A stretch of DNA of 64,000 bases from Octopus vulgaris. Lineage: Eukaryota. The first letter of the stretch is position 1, and the number at the start of each line of letters is the position of its first letter. The stretch lies in the NCBI GenBank assembly GCA_951406725.2, contig OX597821.1:39308001-39372000 (forward strand). The letters are read 5' to 3'. Both the position numbers and the translations under genes were made by a program. Positions 13,981 through 24,642 of this stretch are shown here, in pieces. The notes under the pieces were generated by a model. The model made no database searches. It saw only the letters and a program-made list of their open reading frames with translations, and was not told where the DNA came from.

Positions 13981-14024
13981 GGGACCTTGAAGACTGCTAT
14001 AATGCAAGAAAGTATACTAGTCCC
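13981..14024 (+). ncRNA. Degenerate minimal type I hammerhead motif in a TA-embedded element (about 13884-14088)
   Basis: GGGAC-CTTGAAGA-cTGCtataatGCAa-GAAA-GtataC-TA-GTCCC: 5-bp stem I, palindromic AGTATACT, one extra base in the core. Confidence 0.6.
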
Positions 14025-14613
14025 TTAATATTTTATATTCAGCATTTCATCTATTCAATAAGACAATCCATACTTCATTTCATTTTACTATATATATATA
14101 TATTATTTATACTATATATTCTATATTCTACATTAATATTATAAAGAATATAAATAAAACATAAAAAACAGGCAGAGTTGGAATTTCTTTGAATAATATA
14201 TATATATATATATATATGTATGTATATACACACACAGATATATATATAACATTTGTGGCTGTATGTGTGTGTATCTGTTTGCAAAGATTCATTTACACAA
14301 ACAACATAATGATGAGTTTCTGCTTTGATGACATGGCTTGTCAAATTAATTATACCACTTTAAATGCTAATAAAGACAATTCTATCTTAATAAAGCTACT
14401 TGAAGTTTTATGACTGTGCTTTCTCAAAGTCAGCTTATCTTCTTTCAAGTTTAAATCCCTGAACAAATATTTCATAAACGTCCTAAAAAGTTTGGAAATA
14501 TTAAATAAAGAAAATTATACATAACACCAAATGCACACAAACAGTCAGGCAGACACATACACAAACATAACATGTATTAGTAGTGTGCGTGTGTATATGT
14601 GTGTTTGTGTCTA

Positions 14614-14664
<51 letters not shown>

Positions 14665-15871
14665 ATACAAATATACATATATATATATACATATGCAAAT
14701 TTATGTGTGTACTTATATGTGTATGTGTGTGTGTAAATTTATGTATGTGTATAAGGGTAGGATTCTTTTAGTTTGAGTTTATTTTTTTTTAGTTTTTTTG
14801 AGCAATAAAAACTTATTGTTTAATTTTTCTAACTAATTCAGTTGAATTTACCAAATAAATGCATGTTGTTTTGATTTTCATAAATTTTTCTCTCAAATTT
14901 CCCTTGTATTACAGTTTTTTCACAAAATTATTATTTTTTTGCTGAAACTTAAGACTTTAAACTGAAATGACTTTTCATACTTTTATTATTATTTATGTGG
15001 GTTTTTATTTATTTTTTATTATATATTTCCTTCTTAAATGATTTTTTTTTTAACTTTCATTTCACCCTTTCTTCTGCTTAAACTGTCTTATCAGATTTTA
15101 CATATTTTTTGTCAACATTACAATGTTTCATGTGAATTGCTATTGTTTTAATTCATATACTGTCATGGCTTAACAATTTTTTTCTTCTATACCTACTAAA
15201 ATTATATTTCTGAACAGTTATTTTTATTTACCATCCAATTTTATTTCTATATTTATTTTTTATTTTGAAACAAGTAAGAAATCTTTCTCCAAAAAAAAAA
15301 AAAAGAAGAAAAATTCCCCAAAAAACAAAGTTTTAAACTATGAAACTTATAGAGCCATAAATAATTTTAAAATGAAATTGTCTGTGCATTGTATTTTATT
15401 TGATGGTATGGCATAGATTTGTTATTTTGCTTTGTATAAATATTTACAATGATACTTTTTTTGGTTTAATAGTTATACATGTAGATAATATAGCATGATA
15501 GTATATTTCACACACAGAAACACACGCACACATGCACATATAAAGAGATAGATAAGTAGACAGACAGACAGACGAGTAGATAGATAGATAAATACAGGAA
15601 TGGATGGATAGACTGACAGACAGATAGGTAGACAAACAGACTGACAGACATATAGCTAGACAGATAGATAGACAGATAGGTAGATAGACAGAGGTACTGG
15701 CATGGCTTCACTATGAAGTTTGCTTTACAGCCATATGGTTTTTAGTTCATTCCTACTGTATGGAATTTGGGTGAGTATCATTTATTATAGCCCTGGGCCA
15801 ACTAATGCTTTGGGAACAAATCTGGCTGGCAAAAACTACACAACACCTATCATATATATATATATATATGA

Positions 15872-16170
15872 AAGTGCGTGGCTTAGTGGTTAGGGGCATT
15901 CGGCTCATGGTCATAAGGTTGTGAGTTCAATTCCCAGTGGCGTGTTGTGTCCTTGAGCAAGACACTTTATTTCACATTGCTCCAGTCCACTCAACTGGCA
16001 AAAAAGAGCCAGCCTTGATACACACTATGTCACGCCGAATCTCCCTGAGAACTACGTTAAGGGTACACGTGTATGTGGATTGCTCAGCCACTTACATGTT
16101 AATTTCATGAGCAAGCTGTTCCGTTGATCATATCAGCTGGGACCCTCGTCGTCGCAACCAATAGAGTGCT
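15872..16170 (+). mobile_element. tRNA-derived SINE sharing the family C tail
   Basis: tggcttagtggttagg...gagttcaattccc...gtgtccttgagcaagacactt; tail matches 32085-32240 reverse-complemented. Confidence 0.8.
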
Positions 16171-16171
16171 C

Positions 16172-16206
<35 letters not shown>

Positions 16207-16493
16207 TAACAATAAAGGGTGAAATTAATTAATTTGGAATAATTATTAATTACACCAAGTAGATTTCGGCATGTAAAAGCCTCATTCGAGGAAAATTTAA
16301 GTAATACTAAGCAATTAAGGGTTTAGCAATGAATTGCCTCACCACACACCGAATTTAGAAATAGCAGTCAAAGAGTTATAGCTATTCTTTCTACTAAAAG
16401 GGAGATCTCAGTAAAAACACAGCACTTGAAAGGCAAACACAGACAGGTAAGAGAGAATGAAATGACGGCAATCTATCATACAATTTTAAGTCA

Positions 16494-16584
16494 CCTACGG
16501 ACGTACGTTTCGAAATCAAGTTTTAGGAAAGCATAAGAATTAGATAATTCTACCTTACCCAACTTCTTTTCTCATCAGCGTAGG
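16494..16584 (-). ncRNA. Type I hammerhead ribozyme (inverted identical copy)
   Basis: Reverse complement of 17072-17162. Confidence 0.9.
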
Positions 16585-17071
16585 ATACTACAATTATGAA
16601 TAATTGTATATTAAATTTTGAGATACTAGAAGGCATCATCTCAACTCAGTGTCAGAGCGAGCTAAAGCATTACCAGTACCACGAAAGAATAGCTATAACT
16701 ATTTGACTGCTATTTCTAAATTCGGTGTGTGGTGAGGCAATTCGTTGCTAAACCCTTAATTGCTTAGTATTACTTAAATTTTCCTCGAATGAGGCTTTTA
16801 CATGCCGAAATCTACTTGGTGTAATTAATAATTATTCCAAATTAATTAATTTCACCCTTTATTGTTACTGATAACCATATTTTATCCCAGTAAATGACCA
16901 CAGCATCTTGTCTTGGCTACACGCGGGTGGAAAGGGGCTGGGGACACAAACTTTCATTCACACTTTGAATTTCGTGGTACTGGTAATGCTTTAGCTCGCT
17001 CTGACACTGAGTTGAGATGATGCCTTCTAGTATCTCAAAATTTAATATACAATTATTCATAATTGTAGTAT

Positions 17072-17162
17072 CCTACGCTGATGAGAAAAGAAGTTGGGTA
17101 AGGTAGAATTATCTAATTCTTATGCTTTCCTAAAACTTGATTTCGAAACGTACGTCCGTAGG
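17072..17162 (+). ncRNA. Type I hammerhead ribozyme (intact core)
   Basis: Stem I CCTACG (17072-77) / CGTAGG (17157-62); core CTGATGA (17078-84); long stem II G17085...C17144; GAAA (17145-48); stem III within palindrome ACGTACGT; GTC triplet, predicted cleavage after C17156. Confidence 0.9.
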
Positions 17163-17349
17163 TGACTTAAAATTGTATGATAGATTGCCGTCATTTCATT
17201 CTCTCTTACCTGTCTGTGTTTGCCTTTCAAGTGCTGTGTTTTTACTGAGATCTCCCTTTTAGTAGAAAGAATAGCTATAACTCTTTGACTGCTATTTCTA
17301 AATTCGGTGTGTGGTGAGGCAATTCGTTGCTAAACCCTTAATTGCTTAG

Positions 17350-17387
<38 letters not shown>

Positions 17388-17404
17388 TATATTCATATAT
17401 ACTG

Positions 17405-17437
<33 letters not shown>

Positions 17438-17964
17438 GCATATATACATACATACATAAATACATACATGCATACATACATATATATGTTCACACATATA
17501 TGATGTATGTGTATAAGTTTCTACTGAACATTTCCTGTATAATTTGATGTTGTGCCTTTCCAAACAGCCTTACTCTATCCTAAATATACTCTTTGTTTTT
17601 CCATTCCACTGCACAATAACAAGCACTCTCCATGCTTTTGGAAGTTGTCAGTGGATTTTCATAATCTGGATATCACATATCAAAATGAATTTCTGACCAA
17701 ACTCTTTCCGTTTTGTCTTGGACTTTCATGTACATGTATCTCTTGTTAAAAAAAAACAAAAACAAGGAGAAAAAAACAAAGAAGCATGCAATTGATTTAA
17801 AATATAGTTTCATTCTAGTATAGTTACAAGCTTAACCATGATATGGGTGTGTTTGCCAGTGGCAGTAGCTGCACAGGAGATGCTAAACTTGAGTTATGTG
17901 TCACTTGGTTACTTGCAATCTATTTTCCATGTTATACATCTCAAAGAATCAAATAACTTTGAAG

Positions 17965-18190
17965 ATAGGAAATAAAGCAAATGGATGCATGGTTGGATTC
18001 TAAAAATCTTTACATCAATCGTTTGAGAGATATTAATCTCATTTTATAAATCCCTTGTAAGAAGTCACTTAGAATACCGTCATCCCTTTCGGTTTCCATA
18101 GCAACACTTCAGAATATACAAAAATGTAGCATTAAATTCAAGCGTATGATGTGAAAAAAAGTCAAACTATTAAAACAGCTTTCAAATTTG
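17965..18190 (+). mobile_element. Old CR1-group LINE C-terminal fragment
   Basis: FYKSLVRSHLEY resembles LYKSLVRPHLEY; preceded by a KAN..GWI-like segment. Confidence 0.6.
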
Positions 18191-18745
18191 GAATTTCAAA
18201 AATTTTCAAAGAATAAAAAGTTAATGAGAAGGGAAAAGGGAAAAAAGAAAGGATGATGTTTCATCTTATATTTTCTAAAGAGTTCGCTACTTCATTCAGT
18301 TTTAATATTAGATTTACAAAATTTTAAAACCTTAATATTTGTCCTAAAAACACAGAAGAGATAGCATTAAATATATTCTAAAGTCTTCCATGAAATGCTT
18401 CCTAAATGCTCAAGGAATAATGTATATTCCTTTAGATGCTTCTGATTGAAACAGCACATTAAATGGTCAAACTATTACTTTTAATTTTCCTTTTTTTTAT
18501 ACTGAGTTAGTCTCGTAATATCTTCCCGTCTGTCTCTTGACTAGACCAAATTTATTCTGTTTAATAACTTTTCATGAATTGAGACACCATTAGATGTTAA
18601 CATGAATAAAATTTTAGGTCATCGAAAATTCCCTGTTAACTATGAGCAACTTTGAGATTCAAAAAACATTTTAACTTTTTATTTATTTTAAGGATAACAA
18701 AATGAAGAGGAGGACCACACAAATCTTCATCTTTTTGTTGTTGTA

Positions 18746-19065
18746 TCATCATCATCATCCTTTAATGTCTGTTTTCCATGCTAGCATGGGTTGGACGGTT
18801 CGACCGGGGTCTGGGAAGCCAGGAAGCTGCACCAGGCTCCAGTCTGATCTGGCAGTGTTTCTACAGCTGGGTGCCCTTCCTAATGCCAACCACTCCATGA
18901 GTGTAGTGGGTGCTTTTTACGTGCCACCGGCACAGGGGCCAGAGGAGTCTGGCAAATGGCCACGATCAGTTGGTGCTTTTATGTGTCACTGACACGGACG
19001 CCAGTCAAGTGGCACTGGCATCTGCCACGTTAGGACGGTGCTTTTAATGTGTCACCGGCATGGGT
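18746..19065 (-). mobile_element. RTE 3'-end repeat (family D)
   Basis: Reverse complement of the RTE tail; near-identical to 24332-24642. Confidence 0.85.
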
Positions 19066-19559
19066 ATCTTAACTACAATTTCCATTGATTTTCATTTTGA
19101 TGTTGGTGTTAAAGAGCATAGAAGATTACATTCCTCATCATCATTGATTAGTTTTGACTATCACAGGTGTGAAGTGTGATTAAATAAAATAGAACAATCA
19201 GGAAGTAAAAAAGACTTTGGTTAAGTCTAAATTTATTGGTAGCTTATCACCATTTGAAATGTTTACAAAAAACGAAACCAAAAACAAAACAAAAGTTTAT
19301 TTTCATTGTTCTCAGAAATATTTGTTGGTTTGTCTGATGGTTTTAACTGAACTCTCCAATCATTAAATTCATGTGAAAGCTGCTGGGTATTCCACAGACA
19401 ATTTCTAAGCCGAATGAGTGAGACACAATGTGGTAATTTTCACTTACAGCACTTATCAACCCATTTGATTGCCTTCCACAATTTCTATCCACCAATTTTT
19501 GCACAACACATCTTCTGGTTTCATTATATCATCACATCTATATCTAATAACGGGCTCTC

Positions 19560-19935
19560 TCAAAATCACCTGGATCTTTTTCAAGATGGTATTTATTGGT
19601 GACGTCTGATACCACTTGATAGCAGACACCATCTTATTCTGGTTCCTATAAAACCCTCCCATCCAACTTCTACAGGAAAGTGTCCGGCATTCCAATTTGT
19701 ATCTACATAGTCTCCCAGTTAAATCTCATAAAACTTCTTTCCTAACCTGAGCTGCATCTATATTGTCTTCAGGTGGAACAGTTAATTCAACAAGGTGTAC
19801 AATCCTCATACCTATTTCCATATCAGGCTTCTCCCATGTTGGTACTGGAAAGCCACATTCACACACTACACGATCTGCTGCAACCCTAACCCAAACTCCA
19901 TCCCAGTTCTCATCATTCAAAGCTTTCTCCTTCTG
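19560..19935 (-). mobile_element. Decayed restriction-like-endonuclease (RLE) non-LTR retrotransposon fragment (Hero/NeSL-like)
   Basis: KPDMEIGMRIVHLVELTVPPEDNIDAAQVRK followed by HFPVEVGWEGFIG matches the PD...ELTVPWE...A.ERK..KY...PVEVG.RGF RLE signature. Confidence 0.75.
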
Positions 19936-20611
19936 TTTCTGACCTTGATGATCACTATTTACTGCCAGCCTTTTGCAATATCTTGCCACCATTGATCCAG
20001 CTGACAAAACACTGGGCATTAAGATGGGCTTCCAGCCCTAGAAACCATGCAAAAATTGGCATTGGAGCTTGATACAGTCCTGCAGCACTTCAGTCAGAAT
20101 GTTCAACCTATGCCATCATGGAAAAGCGATGTTAACTGCAGTTTACATCAGACAACTGACTTTTTCTTAAACCCAACCATCCTCCTCATCCTTCTGATCT
20201 CATTGCTTTGTGTTCGAATCTTCTCTTCGATCATCTCAGCAAATGTACCTCTCAGTAAGAAATGACTCAGACTCTGACAACCCATCTAACCCATGCCAGC
20301 ATAGAAAGGAAATGTAAAGTGACAATGAGATGATATATTTATCTATTTACACACATGCACCCTCCCTACACACAGATGCACACACACACATACATATATA
20401 TAAGAGATAATGGTGTCATTGAGACCCAAAGGTTTCAGGTAATGCTGAATAAGTGCTATAGACAGACCATAGTTAAGTTCCAAATTCGGTAATATTGCGA
20501 ATAAAGGGTTCAACGTTGGTTCTAAGTCAGTGTGTATATATAAGATCTTTTTGCATAATAAGATAAAAAAAAACAAGGCTGTGTAGATATTAGAGCATTT
20601 ATAGATAGAAG

Positions 20612-20659
20612 GTCTTACAGCTGTTTCTAGGATATTAATAATATCCCTTCATTGGAGAC
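20612..20659 (-). ncRNA. Degenerate minimal type I hammerhead motif in a TA-flanked ~590-bp element (about 20402-20990)
   Basis: Minus strand reads GTCT-CCAATGA-agGGATATTattAATATCCta-GAAA-CagctG-TA-AGAC; palindromic ACAGCTGT; core has 2 substitutions relative to CTGATGA. Confidence 0.6.
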
Positions 20660-21249
20660 GGTGTGAGAGGAAAGCTAAGTCATAGTTAGTTTCGATGTGA
20701 TACAAAATAGAGAGTGAGGTGGAGGAAAGAAAATAGATGCAACATATGTATGGGTATTGAAGTTGTAAATCCATCTTTTAGTCATAATGGTATATATGCT
20801 ATATTCCAATATCCTATGAGTAAAGTCCAAAAGTCCAACAGAGATTAAAATGAGTCCATCCAAATATAGAGTTTATAAGCAATGTAAGATTCCCTTATGA
20901 GTGAGATACAGCAGATTTTTAAACTTGGTCATTCCCTGTAGAGAATTTATATACAGTGTTGCAGAGTCAAAGGTTTTTTTTTAAAGTGACCTATACATAT
21001 ATACAATTGTATGTATGTATGTATATGTATATGTACAAATGTATACATATACTTTATTTGTAGATTAATACGGCTACCAATAGTTTCATGAAGAGAGGAA
21101 TTTCTTAACAATTATGAAGTCTTCTATCTGGGAATGTTGGTACTCATCCGTTTTGGATGAGAATATATATGTGTGTTTATATATATGTACATAAAAATAA
21201 TTGTGTGTGTGTGTGTATCTATATCTATCTATCTATCTATATATCTATC

Positions 21250-21282
<33 letters not shown>

Positions 21283-22390
21283 GTACAAAACATGCTCTCA
21301 CTCAGTTTCTGTCCACCAATTTCCCTCACAAGGCACTTGTCAGCTCATGGCTATCATTGAAGTGACTTGTACAAGATGGTATGCAGTGATACAGAACCCA
21401 AGACCACATGGTTGCTAAGCAAGCTTGTTAATTACACTACCACACCTATAATGAGCAAAATATAAAATAAAATATTTGAGTGTGTGTGTGTACATGTATA
21501 TATATAATATTCTTTGTTTAGTATTGTTTATTGACCTGTTAATGATAACTGACTAATCAGTGACTAGAAGAATTATTGTTTCCAAATAACATGACTTTAG
21601 GGCCAATTTGTTGAAAATGGTGTCTTATGGGAATATGTAAAGAATTTTTATCTTACAACATTGTAGATTGCCATTTGGTTTGCATTCAAGTATTCTTTAA
21701 AACAGTTGATAAAAACTGTTTACTTTGTATTGATTTATTAAAACACATTGACAGCTGCATTTTTACCGTTTTATCAAAATTTATGAAATGTGAGCCATAT
21801 ACTATTTCTTGATCATTAAATTAAAAATTATTGTGGAACTTAAATTATATAGATTTATGATTGTATTAAAATATACATTAATAATGTTTTCCAAAATACA
21901 GTGGAACATTTATGGTGTAGTTCTAAGAGCCTAGAACTATATTTTAGTTATCATAAAATACCCAACTCTTATTGTTTGGCCAACAAAATATTCATGACAA
22001 AATTTTGTGTTTAAATATAACTACAAAATTATTTTATTCCATGAAATTGGAAATATCTTTCATGAACTAAGGACAATAATTCTAATATTCTTTCTGTAGA
22101 TTTAAAGAATATTTTAAAGTTTTCTCATTGTGGGGATCCTCTTAGGCACATTGCATAATTAGAAGAAATTTGACCATTTGGTTCCAAGCTATTACCTTTT
22201 TGCTTTTCCTACACCATCTTCAACATCACCATCACTGTCACCACCACCATCATCATTATTATTGTCATTGGTCTTAATGCTTACTTTCTCATGCTTGCAT
22301 GGGTCAGAGGGGATCTGAACAGTATAAAGTGGACATCCCAATTATTCTGCGAAGAATTGCTCTATTATTCTGCCAATGTTCTAATAAAGA

Positions 22391-22554
22391 CTTTCTCATT
22401 GACCCACTGATGGTAATGTCAGTAACAGAGAGGGTGAAAGAATTGAAAGAATAATTATCCAGAGTTAAGAACTCTTTACCAGTTCTTAACTCTGGATAAT
22501 TATTCTTTCGCCCTCTCTCTTACTGACATTACCATCAGTGGGACAATGAGAAAG
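22391..22554. repeat. Near-perfect inverted repeat (~75-bp arms, 7-nt loop)
   Basis: ctttctcattg...ccagagttaagaact-ctttacc-agttcttaactctgg...caatgagaaag. Confidence 0.92.
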
Positions 22555-22824
22555 CCTTTATGTGATCATTTGACCTGCTAGAAAGAGAGACTAATTATCT
22601 CTTGTATCATATATGTCATTTAAAAAGGTTGTCTCGAACAATATTTTCTAATGTAGCTCTAGGCTATCCTGTACCTGCAAAAATAAAAAAATAAGGTCAT
22701 GGCTGGATTGTCTTTGATCACAAGTCTACTCCCAGGGTTGACTTGGGGGAAAACTGTTATAAATTGCCACCATGTGGCGTAGTGTATGTTTCCAGTAGAC
22801 ACATTTTCATATTTCTAACTTGAT

Positions 22825-23229
22825 TCTCTTTTACTTGTTTCAGTCATTTGACTGCAGCCATGCTGGAGCACCGCCTTTAGTCGAGCAAATCGACCCCAGG
22901 ACTTATTCTTTGTAAGCTTAGTACTTATTCTATCGGTCTCTTTTGCCGAACTGCTATGTTATGGGTACATAAACACACCAGCTGCGGTCGTCAAGTGATG
23001 TTGGGGGGACAAACACAGACACACAAACATATATACACATACATATATATATATATACATATATATGATGAGCTTCCTTCAGTTTCCATCAACCAAATCC
23101 ACTCACAAGGCTTTGGTCGGCTTGAGGCTATAATAGAAGATACTTGCCCAAGATGCCACGCAGTGGGAATGAACCTGGAACCATGTGGTTGGGAAGCAAG
23201 CTACTTACCACACAGCCACTCCTGCACCT
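22825..23229 (-). mobile_element. SINE family B
   Basis: Reverse complement of 46679-47080. Confidence 0.85.
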
Positions 23230-24331
23230 ATAATGAATATATTTTTGTTCTTTGTGTTTAATAAGATACATGATTTTAAGATGTAGATTGCTCTGTTGTC
23301 ACATCAGCTCTATAAACACTTAAGAAAGGGGAAACTGAAACTGGAACTCTTGAGCAACACTCAGCAGAGACATTAACAGGCTCGGATAAATTGGACTAAC
23401 TACATCTATGTATCCAAAACAGATGCCACACATGTCATAATACAGCTGCTCATACTAACTATTTCCAGAGACTCGGAAATTCTCCAGTTGTTTAGAGCAA
23501 GATTTCAGTCCTTCGTTTAAAGCTAACGAGGCAATTATCAATTATCATTGTTTCCATTGTTTAGATAAGTGGCAAAGACATTTCAAAATATTTAATAAAC
23601 ACCTGGGCTTACAATAGTCGTTTCTTCTATGTTTTTCAATCCATACTTTCCTCTTATATGCTTTTGAAATTTAGCAAAGTAATTAAAAAGCATGTTAAAT
23701 TCCTAATTCAATAATCACGGAAGAAACACAAGTTAATTCTATTTGTAGTTTGTATCAAACCTTATCACCAAAAATCGAACTTCAGTAGCCAGATTAAATG
23801 TTTTTTTCTGTTAGGATTAAAGGATTCTGTTGATAGTATTGAAAGCTAATTATGGCAAAGAATTCAACATGTATTCATCTGTAAGAAAATAATTGCTGTG
23901 TTACTTTCAAAAGTATCATGGTAACAATTTTATCACCTGTAACCAGTGATTATTATTCTATTGAGGGGAGGTTTTTATTTGAACAAGCTGAATTTTAAGA
24001 TTTTTGTCTGTTTAATATGTTAAACAGTTTCATGGGCTATTAATTGAGATGTCAGAAACTCAAATGCTCTACTCAGTAGCTAAATGCTGAAGAAAGTCGG
24101 AATATGGTAATTTTGACTGGCAAAGAAAGTTAATTGCTTTAACTATATTTTTATACTCTGTAGAGTATAGAGTTAAAATCTCACATCTGTTTTGCTTTTC
24201 ATCTCTTGTCCTTTGACAGGTTAAAATAGATAGCAGGACTACATAAAAGTTTTGAGCTGAAAGTGAAAGCTAAACTACATTTTGTGATTCTTTCGGTTAT
24301 GGTAATGCCAAATGAATTAGTAAAGTAAGGA

Positions 24332-24642
24332 TCATTATCATCATCATCATCATTTAACATCCGTTTTCCATGTTAGCATGGGTTGGACGGTTCAACCAGT
24401 GTCTGGGAAGCTAGGAGGCTGCACCAGGCTCCAGTCTGATCTGGCAGTGTTTCTACAGCTGGATGCCCTTCCTAATGCCAACCACTCTGAGAGTGTAGTG
24501 GGTGCTTTTTACGTGCCACCGGCACAGGGGCCAGAAGAGGCTGGCAAACGACCATGATTGGTTTGTGCTTTTATGTGTCACTGACATGGATGCCAGTCAG
24601 GTGGCACTGGCATCTGCCACTTCGGACGGTGCTTTTAACGTG
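24332..24642 (-). mobile_element. RTE 3'-end repeat (family D)
   Basis: Near-identical to 18746-19065. Confidence 0.85.

Larger units (their letters stand above)
16201..17352. mobile_element. Young hammerhead-ribozyme-bearing non-autonomous retroelement (retrozyme / Penelope pseudo-LTR-like); 582-nt unit in partial tandem plus an inverted copy, inside (TA)n
   Basis: 16683-16770 recurs at 17265-17352 (period 582). 16201-16686 is the reverse complement of 16970-17264 joined to 16683-16873. Only about 2 mismatches seen between copies. (TA)n on both sides; no ORF. Confidence 0.85.
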
